A model generated the notes under the pieces. The model was not told the DNA's origin and did no database searches. It was given only the letters and a program-made list of their open reading frames with translations. The position numbers and the translations under genes were made by a program. Below are positions 21,454 through 31,171 of a stretch of DNA of 64,000 nt, piece by piece. The stretch is from Andalucia godoyi And28. Taxonomy: Eukaryota; Protista; Jakobida. The stretch spans positions 5,305-69,304 of the forward strand of contig VRVR01000034.1 in NCBI GenBank assembly GCA_009859145.1, written 5' to 3'. Each line of letters opens with the position of its first letter. The stretch's first letter is position 1.

Positions 21454-21882
21454 TTAAAACATCTTGGAGATGACGCTTCCTCCTTCACGTCCAGCTGCGG
21501 CTGCCGCACCGGCGATCATGAAGCGCTCCTTGTTTCGCTCCACCTCTGTTACGTTCTGAACCAAGACGCACGGGAAGCAGAAGATCGTCATCAGGCAGTC
21601 TTCGCATGTGTCTCCCGGGATTTGCATCACTGTGCGGATTCTGCGGCGAGAAAAGTATGCGACATTCGGAAGAATAGCGCAGCAGATGTCCATCTTGTCA
21701 GGAACAAGACGGCCCTCCGTGATTGCCATGGTGAGCGCAGACGGTGCACACGGACAGCAAAACGCAGCCATTACGCGTCCGCAGCCTTCCTCCATGCATC
21801 CAAACAGACCAATCGAAAACTGGCCAGCTGGTCCAGCAGGCTTCGTCTGACCGCCAAGCATCTTTGCAGCAGAAAGCGCCAT
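21454..21882 (-). CDS. PLAC8-family Cys-rich protein
   Basis: FSIGLFGCMEEG, AFCCPC, RRRIRTVMQIPGDTCEDCLMTIFCFPCVLVQNVTE. Confidence 0.9.
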   Translation of the reverse strand: MALSAAKMLGGQTKPAGPAGQFSIGLFGCMEEGCGRVMAAFCCPCAPSALTMAITEGRLVPDKMDICCAILPNVAYFSRRRIRTVMQIPGDTCEDCLMTIFCFPCVLVQNVTEVERNKERFMIAGAAAAAGREGGSVISKMF

Positions 21883-22094
21883 TCTTCTTTTTTGAATTAA
21901 GAAATGTACAGAATTCAATACAGATCGCAAACGACGATTCTTATTATTCTTTTGAAAGAAGAGGAAGGGGAAAATAGAAAAGAAAGTAAAGGAACGAATC
22001 GAGAATCGATGGCCCCAAACGATCGATCAATATTTTTTGAAACGGGGAAAACTGTGGTTTGGGTCGGAGAGAGTACGGTTGACTACTTTTGTGT

Positions 22095-22370
22095 ATCAGC
22101 GTTGAACATCAAAGCAATGCGATTTTCCTACCGTAGTCAAGTCGAGGATTTCTTCATTCGCTCTCCACACTTTATTCCTTTCTATTATTTTCTGTTTATT
22201 TCTCATATTTATGGTCGAACCCTCAAGCAGCACTTTTCATCCGAGACAAAATACATCGCATGGCCCCAAATTGGGTCTGTCTTCGGTGACAGCTTAGCCG
22301 ATGATCAACAATGATCCATGTTTTGGCGAGCGGGCTGGTGTGGCTAGAAGGGATGTCAACTGTTGATCAA
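22095..22370 (+). repeat. Dispersed degenerate repeat, copy B
   Basis: Blocks 22095-22142 and 22265-22334 align with 49532-49582 and 49794-49864, about 85% by eye in the second block. Confidence 0.8.
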
Positions 22371-22376
22371 TTCAGG

Positions 22377-22401
22377 GTGTGTGTGTGTGTGTGTGTGTGT
22401 G
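22377..22401. repeat. (GT)n microsatellite
   Basis: Direct. Similar (GT)n runs lie at about 7967-7990 and 35168-35192. Confidence 0.9.
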
Positions 22402-22597
22402 TTTTAATTTAAAATTAAATTTTTGTTCGACCAAGCCGAACCATCAGTGATACACTATGTCCAGAATCCTTTCAATAGTGGCTAGAGGTGACATAAATAC
22501 AATAATAATAATAGGAATAAGAAAACAAATAAAATAAAATAAAATAAACAATCGGTTTTGGTTGAGAAGTGTTTGCAGAGATGCCAACTGCGCTGCG

Positions 22598-23288
22598 TTA
22601 GAGAAACTGGTACGTTCCGACGCTTCTTGACGGCACGAATTCCAAGTGCAGATGCTGGAAAGGATCAGATGATTCATGAAAATAGTATCCATGTAAGATG
22701 CCAGTTGCGCGTTCAAGGGCCACGTAATAGAAACCGGAAATGGAGGCGCCAGCAATGGAGGCTACCTTGTGATCTGGGACGAGGAACATCTCTTTCCACC
22801 TCATAAAAATATGAGTCGCATTGTCCGCAAAGGGATCAATAGCAAACGACTCGGAAGTAAACTGCGATGCGAACTTTTGGAAAGCAGGAAATGTACCCCA
22901 ATGCGACGCATCAATGTATTCATCAGCACCCCACTTGTTTGTCAAGAACGGACACTTTCGAGACCCGACGATTTCCGCTTCAAAGTACGTACATAACAAC
23001 GGATAGTCGTTCGAGAGACCCTGTGCAGTGAGAAACCCGCTAAACTTGTGACTCGGAAGATCCGTCGATGTAATGACCACTGATACTGGAAAAGGCACGC
23101 TCGGGTCGCTTGCCAAAGGTCTCCCAGGAGCCTGTCCTAGCAGCCTTTGCCGTGATTGTGGTAATATAACACTCGACGGCACGTTGGCTGGACGGATAGG
23201 AGACCGTGGATTTCGAGGCTGAACATTGAACGGATTTTCCATGGACGACAAATAGGAAGCAGCAGCAAACGAAGAAGATGCCGACGAC

Positions 23289-23344
<56 letters not shown>

Positions 23345-23734
23345 GGAAGAGGCAGAAGGTGCTGTCGTAGAGAATGGGACGGTTGCAGCGACGTGCTGAT
23401 GCTGCTGAGGATCGAGGAGAGGCAGTTGCTGGAGAGAGCTCCTCTGAAGTCGCGACTCGACAGAAAATATCTCGTCCAGATCGGCATTCCAAAGCAAGGA
23501 GAGCATATCGGGAACATTCGATCGAGCAGGACTCGTCAGGTTCTTCCCGCCAAGAAATGCAGCATGCTGGCAATCCAGCATTCGATAAGACTGCAGGGCG
23601 GATGGATCGGGCCCAACGTGCACCTGAGACGGATCGGAATTCGAAGACTGAACACCAATAAATCGCGCTCCAACATGCAAAAACCTGCAGAATGCAAATG
23701 ACGGCGAGGACGCAGAACTGTTTCGATCGCTCAT
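22598..23734 (-). CDS. GID4: GID4/Vid24 Pro/N-degron recognin of the GID/CTLH E3 ligase, with a long low-complexity insertion
   Basis: FLHVGARFIGVQ, YPLLCTYFEAEIV, FLTNKWGADEYIDASHWGTFPAF, HIFMRWKEMFLVPDHKVASIAGASISGFYYVAL, GYYFHESSDPFQHLHL. Confidence 0.9.
23284..23344. repeat. (GACGAT)n hexamer encoding poly-Ser in GID4
   Basis: Direct: about 9 units; reads TCA-TCG (Ser-Ser) on the coding strand. Confidence 0.9.
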
Positions 23735-24346
23735 TCGTCGAACTTACCGATGGGTTTGACAGCTTTGCACGAGCATAAGCAACAGAGTGTGTGTAAGGGA
23801 GTGCGTGTAAGGGAGGGAGAGAGGGAGGAGAAAATGCAGTCTAACCAACGCTCACTGCCAAAAAAAAAAACCCCCAAACTCAACGGACGTTTCGTATGAC
23901 AAGGAGGAAAGTGTGGACTCTATTCAAAAACCTGGACAGCATTAAAAGCAAATACATACATATTTATATTTATTTTGAAAATACACATATATATTTATAT
24001 ATTTAAAAACCCACCTTGTTGGTCTTTTCGACTGGACGACAGAAACTTCCACTGGTCCTTTCCCAATGCTGCTGCCGCACACGACACCAACCTACCGTAC
24101 GCCGTTGCCAAACGTTTTGTACTGCTCTTATCGTGTTCTATTTCGTTTTCATCGTCTTTGACCAAATGCTTTTTGAAACCCTAGCGCAGGGTTTTTTCCC
24201 ATCCAGTTAGAACTAAATAAAAACGACATCTCTCTCTCTCTCTTTTTTTTTTTTACGATCTCGCCTTTTTTTTTTTTGCTTGTTTGATTATTTCACTTTG
24301 ATTTGGCTATCGTCGTCGTCTGCAATTCGGAGTTTTATTGAGAGTC

Positions 24347-25150
24347 ATGTTCGAAACTTCGCGAACCATCCGAAAGAAATACGATGTTTCAACCCCGCTA
24401 CTTCGGAAATGGGCCGCGAGCGGAAAGTTGCAGTATATCCGCACTTCTTACCAACGACTCTACAATAGCGTCCAAGTCCGTGAGCTTGTCGGCGACAGCA
24501 CAGCCGAGGGCAATAGTGCCCGAGTTCGCGAGCTTGTCGGCGACACCGTAGCCGATGACAATCCATCGCAAACGCGATCGACACTCCTCTACGCCCGAGT
24601 GTCCTCTCAACAACAAGAAACAGACCTTCAGCGCCAAATCACCGATCTTCGAACCGCCTACCCCGGTGCAGCCGCAATCTGCGACGTCGGCTCAGGCATC
24701 GACTTCCATCGTTCCGGATTTAAAACCCTTCTGGGACGCGTTCTGCGCGGAGAGGTCGAGCGCGTCGTGGTTACCCACCGCGACAGACTGTGTCGATTTG
24801 CCATCGACCTTGTGGAGTGGTTCTTGGAACAGTCTGACACAGAACTTGTGGTTCTTGGCACAGATGCTCCAAACAACACTGGCCACGAGCTCGCGGACGA
24901 TTTTCTTGCCATCTCCAACTTCTATGTTGCTTCCTCCATCAACGGGCGCCGGTCCGCCGAAAAAACCCGCAAACGTCGCCGTGAAGCAACAGGAGTCGCA
25001 GAGCAGCGGGACAGAGACAAAGAAGAAGAAATCCCTGTTCGGGCGAAAAAGCGGCAAGCAGCCAGCCAACAGCGCCAAGACAATCAAGATGCGTCCCACT
25101 CTCCAGCAGCGTTCCATGCTGTAACAGTGGATGTACAGCAAGGCCTTTAG
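24347..25150 (+). CDS. tnpA: IS607-type transposase TnpA (N-terminal winged HTH + serine recombinase catalytic domain)
   Basis: HTH KYDVSTPLLRKWAASGKLQYIRT...RLY, catalytic LYARVSS, DLQRQI, DVGSGIDFHRSGFKTLL, VVVTHRDRLCRFAIDLVEW, ELADDFLAISNFY...GRRS. Confidence 0.92.
   Translation: MFETSRTIRKKYDVSTPLLRKWAASGKLQYIRTSYQRLYNSVQVRELVGDSTAEGNSARVRELVGDTVADDNPSQTRSTLLYARVSSQQQETDLQRQITDLRTAYPGAAAICDVGSGIDFHRSGFKTLLGRVLRGEVERVVVTHRDRLCRFAIDLVEWFLEQSDTELVVLGTDAPNNTGHELADDFLAISNFYVASSINGRRSAEKTRKRRREATGVAEQRDRDKEEEIPVRAKKRQAASQQRQDNQDASHSPAAFHAVTVDVQQGL
24463..24562 (+). repeat. 48-bp in-frame tandem duplication in the tnpA linker
   Basis: Units start at 24463 and 24511 with 38/48 identity; they encode NSVQVRELVGDSTAEG / NSARVRELVGDTVADD. 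Confidence 0.9.
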
Positions 25151-25523
25151 CTCTTCTCAAGCATGGAAAGGTGGCATCCGTCATTAAGGCTACTCGGAGT
25201 CTGGTGATCAACGACAACATTCGTAGCGAGGGGGCTCCGTGATTTGCTCAAAAGCGCTCCAGTCCAACTGGGCGAAAAAACGAAGAAGGGAAAACAAAAA
25301 GAATACTGAGCACACGTTCGAGATGAAGTTTCGTCGTCGAAAAGGCTCCCTCGGAAACAATTATATTTCCCGTCAAGCATTGGGCGCGGCGGCTTTGTTT
25401 CATCGTAAACGTTCGAAACAGAAGGAACCAATCAGCATTGATGCTGTGAATCGCAGGTGGGCAGCAAGTGATAAAAAATACGCGAGAAAGAAACGAAACG
25501 AGACGCGGGGGGAGGGTAAGTAG
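24555..25523 (+). pseudogene. Degenerate Fanzor2/TnpB-like gene, truncated before RuvC
   Basis: The +1-frame ORF overprinted on tnpA carries KPFW...SWLPTATDCVD...SGSWNS...NLWF, the Fanzor2 N-terminal signature as recalled. It continues KTIKMRPTLQQRSML*QWM (HTH_OrfB-like, TAA at 25122-25124), then frameshifted YSKAL/ALLKHG...RSLVIND, EGA.RDLLK/ALQSNWAKK...FEMKFRRRK. No RuvC or Zn-finger motifs follow. Confidence 0.8.
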
Positions 25524-25543
25524 CAAGCATAATTTACAAAAAG

Positions 25544-27241
25544 TCAAAGTGCGTACACATCCAGGACAGAGGGATTTTCACTGAATGCAGGTCTCGCAAT
25601 GATTAGTTGGCGAGAAGGGGAGACCGCCATCGCAGGCGTTCCGGCAACGAACGGCGAGGTCGCAGCAGGTGAGCCAATCCTATACGCGTTCACACGACCT
25701 TCGGTTTCTTGTATCTGGAGAACTGCAGGTTCACAGCCCTTGGGGCATGGAAGAGAGACACCTGACGTGGACATGATCAATACGGATCCATCTGAACACA
25801 AGACGGCAATGCGACCATCGTCCACAAATGAGATCTCGGAAAAGCAGATGAACGCAGATGCATCGATCCAGCGCCAGGTCCTCGCTTTCGACAAGCTGCA
25901 GTGGGTCACATCTAGATGAGAGATGGTAACGGAGTGCATCGAAACTGTCGCCACAACGGTCGATGATGACTGGATTGCGCATGCACAGTCAACATGTTCA
26001 GGAACCGACAGCATTTGCAACAGCGTCAGCGAAGAGCGAGTCTCGTGACTAACAGAATTCGATGACAGCGAGAGAATCGCAGATTTCCCATCTCGCCATA
26101 CACAAAGTAACCTATCATGCGACAGATGCTCCATGAAAGAACACGTTGCCTGAGAACCAACAACATCATGAATGAACTGAAAGCTTGCAAAGTCTACACT
26201 GCGGGCTACTCTATTCCAATCCTTGCTATTGCCACTGCCTCCCATAATGCTACTGTTGCTGCCCGTCTCGTCTTCAGATTTCCTTTCGCGAAATACAAAG
26301 GAAACAACACACCCAGCACGGGAAACAAGCGACAAATGAGAGCAGCACGACCCGTCTGGTGAATCGAACACGGGAGACCAGCAAGCATTCGAAAAACAAA
26401 AGACGTTTCCGTGAAAAGACCACGCGTCTCCTCGGATAGAGAGCACTTCAGACTTTGGTTTTCGACCGCGCTGTGTACGCGTGATGTCTGTCAATGCTGA
26501 CGCACTATCGTCCAACACAGACGGAAGCACGTTGTGTCTTCGCAAAGTATCCACTAAATCCGATCGGAATTTCCGAAATAGGACACCCTTCTTATGACAA
26601 TACTCACGATGGCGACGATAAATTTCTTGTCGGAATGACGGGTCCGAGAAGCCCAGAGAGCCGAGCAATTCCGAGTGTTGACTCCATACGTAGTCTACAA
26701 AGTGGCGCAGAAAGAAGTGACCAGGCATGTTTCTGGACTGCGGAAACGTCCCTGGTTCAGGAACTGCGTCCAACAGACCAGCGATCACCATTTTGGCAAG
26801 GCCTCGAAGATAGAACGCCACAGCGTCGATAGACCACTTCACCAACAGTTCGGTACGCATCGCGCTGGGATCTTCGGGAACGTCCGCACACACAACCGGC
26901 GAAATCAGCTCGATCAATCGATTTTCCACATCCTCGACTTCAGCGTCGGTCACCTCTGTCAGTCCTTCTGCATCGTCCGCAGGTGCTTCTGGAGCTTCTG
27001 CCGTAGCTTCTGTATCATCCGTTCCATCCACCTGCGGAATGACCGTCGGTGTGTCCGTCGGCATCCGGGGGCCCTCCAAGCTCGAATTGCCATCCAAAAA
27101 TGGAGTCATTGTTAGTTCGTGTATGGAGCGAGCATATTGAACGCGTGCGTTCACGAGCTGCGGAGAACAAGTCCCCAATTCTCTCATATATGCCTCATAA
27201 AACGACGTCATGAAATCGATGCAACAAATTGTCGGATCCAT
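25544..27241 (-). CDS. Hypothetical protein (acidic region, RGRKPK motif, C-terminal beta-rich/propeller-like region)
   Basis: Long ATG ORF (565 aa from MDPTICC); no family recognised. Confidence 0.7.
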   Translation of the reverse strand: MDPTICCIDFMTSFYEAYMRELGTCSPQLVNARVQYARSIHELTMTPFLDGNSSLEGPRMPTDTPTVIPQVDGTDDTEATAEAPEAPADDAEGLTEVTDAEVEDVENRLIELISPVVCADVPEDPSAMRTELLVKWSIDAVAFYLRGLAKMVIAGLLDAVPEPGTFPQSRNMPGHFFLRHFVDYVWSQHSELLGSLGFSDPSFRQEIYRRHREYCHKKGVLFRKFRSDLVDTLRRHNVLPSVLDDSASALTDITRTQRGRKPKSEVLSIRGDAWSFHGNVFCFSNACWSPVFDSPDGSCCSHLSLVSRAGCVVSFVFRERKSEDETGSNSSIMGGSGNSKDWNRVARSVDFASFQFIHDVVGSQATCSFMEHLSHDRLLCVWRDGKSAILSLSSNSVSHETRSSLTLLQMLSVPEHVDCACAIQSSSTVVATVSMHSVTISHLDVTHCSLSKARTWRWIDASAFICFSEISFVDDGRIAVLCSDGSVLIMSTSGVSLPCPKGCEPAVLQIQETEGRVNAYRIGSPAATSPFVAGTPAMAVSPSRQLIIARPAFSENPSVLDVYAL

Positions 27242-28468
27242 GGGTATGGTGCTTGTATGGCATATCCAAGAAAACAGCACGGAATCCAGTGCTACAAACA
27301 CGGGCCTTGAAAAGCAACAGAAAGAGGAAGAGAATGTCGGTGGGTGGGAAAACGGAACAAACATGAGATCAAACATCGCATCAAAGGGGATTACCAACCA
27401 ACAAACACACGCACACACACACACACATAACGGACAACGCTACGCTATGAAAATGAAGAAACGCAAGAGTGGAGAATAAAGAAAATGAAAGCGGCATTAA
27501 GAATGGTGAAACATACTCTTTGGAGAACTTCATCACAGGGGACCACTTACATCTTGTGAACGTTCGGAAGCTGGAACATGCTGTGTTATCAGGAACACAC
27601 TCTGGAGGGGAAGAAAGTCAATGGAAAAAATGTAATTACAATTGTCAGCACACGAGAAAACAGCTTCCAAAAATATTAATGAAAATAACATAATTAAAAA
27701 ATTAAAAAAAGGCACACAACGTCGAAAAGCCGAGGAAGGTACGCAGAGAGGACAAACTGTTCATGGCACATCCGATCCGCTTCAATGTGAAATACACATC
27801 GATGTTCTCAGCATAGGGTTCAGGATGCGTAAGCGACGCTGAAAAGTCAAACGGAGACTGCGGATTCTACGATTCAGAGACGAGGAAGACGAACGGGTGG
27901 TTGGTGAGTTGTTAGACATGTGCTTGGATACATCGTCAATCCACGCAAGAAAAAGAAGAGGAAAATAGGAAGGGCGTGGGGGAAAGAACAGCCGGGCCAC
28001 AGTCTCTTTTGCGTGACAGTGTGAAACAGGGTGGGGAAGCATACGGATACGAGGACTTCATTAGCTGTAGTCAGCAAGACATGGCCCGCAAGCGACGTCT
28101 GTATTGCATGTCGGTGATTCTTCGGGCTAAACGCAACCGCGTGTCGTTCTCTTAACAAGGGGGCGTCGGTCGACATAGGAACATCACGCAGCAACAAAGG
28201 CTTGTAAAAAAGAAAGCGTATCTGGATTCTCTCCATTTGGACTTTGTGATTTTCTTCTTTGGGGCTTTTGTTGAGGGAAAAGTGTGCTTCTGTCATTTTT
28301 CCATGCAAGTTGAGTCTGTTGAGTCTGTTGAGTCCGTTGCATCCACACGAGGCTAGACAGTCGAACCCTGCCACGAAAAAAGCCAAGAAACGAACAGCAA
28401 CGAGGAAACGAAAGAAACGAGAAAAGCTGAAGAGTGAGAAGAGAAGTGCTATCTACTGTTGCTGATGT

Positions 28469-31171
28469 ATGCAGGGATTCATCTATCTTCATAAAAAGCG
28501 CCCTCCGTTAGCATCTTCATTGCCCTCAAGGCCAGCGGACAATCCCGTTTTGCAGAGCACAAACTCGTATTTGGAAGATCTTTCGATCGATTCGATTGAT
28601 CACGCTCGGGTGGATGGCGTGGCTGCTGTATCCGTGCCACAGCCATCGTCTTGCTCTTCTTCATATTCTGAACCAGCGGAGGGCGCGGCTCGCACACGTG
28701 GATTAAGTGCGGCGAAAATGGAGTTTCTTTCGGCGCTCTCGGAGAAGCTTCGTGCGTTGAAACAATCATCTACGTACGGTGAGACGTCGGATGGCGCGCA
28801 GTTCATGACGGTGTCGCAGGATGTGGTCGTGACACAGTCCATGATCGTCGCGCCGTCTTCTGCGATTCAGGTGGATCTGCGTGGAGTGCTGGTGTCGAGT
28901 GAATGTCATGGCGGCCGGAACGGGGACGGAGGCTCGCAGGATGACTGTAATGATTCCGTTTCCTCCCGAGAGAACTCGCTGTCGGAATCCAATCGGTCAG
29001 GCTCGGACAGCGAGGATGCATACAGCCTGATTGCCCAACGGACATTGCCTGCAGATTTTGCGACTCCAGAAATTGTGGTTACACAGAAGAGGAGCAATTT
29101 CCAAGCGGGAGTTTCCACCAAGGAAACTGCGAGTGACACTGTGCGCTCAGATGCAGAATCTCTGTCGTCCATGTCCGGACCATTGTTTTCCTCCCTGGAA
29201 TTTCAAACAAACCGAACTCTTTTTGAAGAAATTGGCGCAAAGAAAATATGTGGAACTGACACGGCGACAAGGGCGAACGAGAGGCATGAGCGCCATTTTC
29301 CGACGATCGCTCCTTCGTTTTCTCCCTCCGTGGTCGAGGACATCGTGGTGCAACATTCTCTCCCATTGGATGGCACGCTGGGCTCCATGGAAAAACCTCC
29401 CTCTGCAATCAGGGAGCGAGACTGCGTTGTTCTCGAACCAGAATCCCAGTTGCCCATGCGAGAGCCAGGGAGCGAACAGGACGCGTCCGCAGTTCCAGAC
29501 ACGTCTGTGGTGCTGCAGAGTCCTACACAGTCACCGTGCCCAACTCCTGTGAAGCCGACGCAGACCAGTACTGTCGTGGAGACTGTTACTTCTCTCCTGT
29601 CTCCAGTCCTCACGGTTGCCGTAGCCGTCGCCCACTCTGCCTCTGCTTCTGCGTCTGTGTCTGCCTCTTTCGATCGTATTCCGTCGATGGCGAATGTTCT
29701 CGTTCCCGAGTCGCAAGATGCTTCCGCAGTTCGACCACCCCTTGCCGGCTCTCAGGTTGCGATGGCTTCGATGGAAGCGATGATGATGGTGACTGCTAGT
29801 GTGTCCGAAGATTCTGGAAACAGCAATCGTGAGAGCGCATCATCGGTGTCTCTGCCCGAAGAACCCGGTCCCATTGTACATTTGCCGCAGTCTGCGGCTT
29901 CTCCCTCCGCATCAGAGTCGGCTTCCGATTTGTATCCTCTGTTCCCAAACAATCTCATCTCCTTGGAATCGCAGTTGCGGAGGGACTGTAGCAGCAATCT
30001 GGAGCGACAAGATGCCCCGGAATGTCTGCGTTCTGGTAGATTCCTCATTCCCGCGAGCCAAGAACTCGCGAGAACACTGGTCAGGATTGTGGAGCAGCCT
30101 TTGAAAGACTTCATACCAGCAGTCTCTGATGTTCGAAGAACAATTCCAAGCTCTCAGGAAGAGTTGGAAATCATTCCTGCCTCTCCAGGATGTTCGCCAT
30201 TATCACCTGCTCAATTTCTTGACGCGGATTCGAACTGTGAAGTCCCGGAAGCCGGAGGCCGCATGAGCAATGCTGGGAGCAACGCGTTGCAAACCTCTAT
30301 CTCCGAACTCGATCCACCACCGATTTCCAAGAAGTCTGCAAAATCAAATGGCCAACAGCCGCAGAAGCGTGCGAATCCAGAGTCCTCGATGGATTCTTGC
30401 GGTGTACCCAGTATCGTGAAACGCTCTCGAGTCCGACATGGAAAGACTGCGACACTTCCCAACGCTGCGTTGTTTGTTGTCGCAGAGGAACCAAATTTGC
30501 TGGAGCACCCAAGCAGTGGTCTTCGAATGGCACTTTCGGGATCCTCTACCGACCGTGCTGAGACGTTTTTTGCAGATCGCGCTTTCTTGATCTTCAACGT
30601 CTCCAAAACAACAAAGGACGCGGCTACTGCGCTATCTGCACGTATTCAGCTGCACGGTGGTGTGTTGATCACCGCTCTTCCGAGCATGGAGCAAGCCACA
30701 CGCTACAAGAGTGTTCACTGTGTGTCGCTTCAAGAAGGTCTCGTATCGAAAACTCTGATGATGCTTGTTGCTTGTGGATTTTCTCCCGTTCTGTCGCGAT
30801 GGATTGATTTCTGCCACGTGAGAAATGAGTTCTTGGACCCTTCGCTCTTCGCGGTCTTTCCGACTGCGCCATTTCATTCCACCTTTATTCCCATGGAGGA
30901 TCGAGTCTTCTACGGGGAGAAGGTACTGTTGCATCCGGATCTGTCGTCCTTGGAAGACTGGAGGAACGTCATCGCGGGAGCAGGTGGCATTTGCTTGTTT
31001 GACATGTCTGTCGAGGCGTTGGATGAGGAGTGCTCCTTCTTTGTCGTTGGAGAAGGCGTCGAGCTACCCCGCGATGTTCGGCACTTTGCCCGTTCTCGTC
31101 GAGTACATCCGTCTTACATCGCTCAATGTATTCTACACGGACGCGTGCCTCGAGATCTGCATCCTCGTTGA
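28469..31171 (+). CDS. Tandem-BRCT DNA-damage checkpoint mediator-like protein (53BP1/Rad9/MDC1-like architecture)
   Basis: About 650-aa disordered N-terminus with about 12 SQ/TQ motifs; C-terminal BRCT1 (FFADRAFLIF...RIQLHGG...LVACGFSPVLSRWIDFC) and BRCT2 (FYGEKVLL...WRNVIAGAGG...VHPSYIAQCILHG). Confidence 0.75.
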   Translation: MQGFIYLHKKRPPLASSLPSRPADNPVLQSTNSYLEDLSIDSIDHARVDGVAAVSVPQPSSCSSSYSEPAEGAARTRGLSAAKMEFLSALSEKLRALKQSSTYGETSDGAQFMTVSQDVVVTQSMIVAPSSAIQVDLRGVLVSSECHGGRNGDGGSQDDCNDSVSSRENSLSESNRSGSDSEDAYSLIAQRTLPADFATPEIVVTQKRSNFQAGVSTKETASDTVRSDAESLSSMSGPLFSSLEFQTNRTLFEEIGAKKICGTDTATRANERHERHFPTIAPSFSPSVVEDIVVQHSLPLDGTLGSMEKPPSAIRERDCVVLEPESQLPMREPGSEQDASAVPDTSVVLQSPTQSPCPTPVKPTQTSTVVETVTSLLSPVLTVAVAVAHSASASASVSASFDRIPSMANVLVPESQDASAVRPPLAGSQVAMASMEAMMMVTASVSEDSGNSNRESASSVSLPEEPGPIVHLPQSAASPSASESASDLYPLFPNNLISLESQLRRDCSSNLERQDAPECLRSGRFLIPASQELARTLVRIVEQPLKDFIPAVSDVRRTIPSSQEELEIIPASPGCSPLSPAQFLDADSNCEVPEAGGRMSNAGSNALQTSISELDPPPISKKSAKSNGQQPQKRANPESSMDSCGVPSIVKRSRVRHGKTATLPNAALFVVAEEPNLLEHPSSGLRMALSGSSTDRAETFFADRAFLIFNVSKTTKDAATALSARIQLHGGVLITALPSMEQATRYKSVHCVSLQEGLVSKTLMMLVACGFSPVLSRWIDFCHVRNEFLDPSLFAVFPTAPFHSTFIPMEDRVFYGEKVLLHPDLSSLEDWRNVIAGAGGICLFDMSVEALDEECSFFVVGEGVELPRDVRHFARSRRVHPSYIAQCILHGRVPRDLHPR

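Larger units (their letters stand above)
24300..25523 (+). mobile_element. IS607-family element (TnpA serine recombinase + Fanzor2/TnpB remnant); termini not resolved
   Basis: Intact IS607 TnpA with an overlapping +1-frame Fanzor2 N-terminus and frameshifted HTH/REC fragments downstream. Boundaries are approximate. Confidence 0.85.

Noticed and set aside
24018-24040. 12-13-mer matches between the region upstream of tnpA and 63337-63445, and short tggtc(t/c)tttc direct repeats as a possible IS607 left end
   Set aside because: Matches of this length are expected by chance in 64 kb, so the element end cannot be supported without other copies.
25400-25480. Small hairpin cagca-ttga-tgctg as a Fanzor omegaRNA remnant
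   Set aside because: A single 5-6-bp stem is insufficient; it also lies in a frame that still looks like Fanzor coding sequence.
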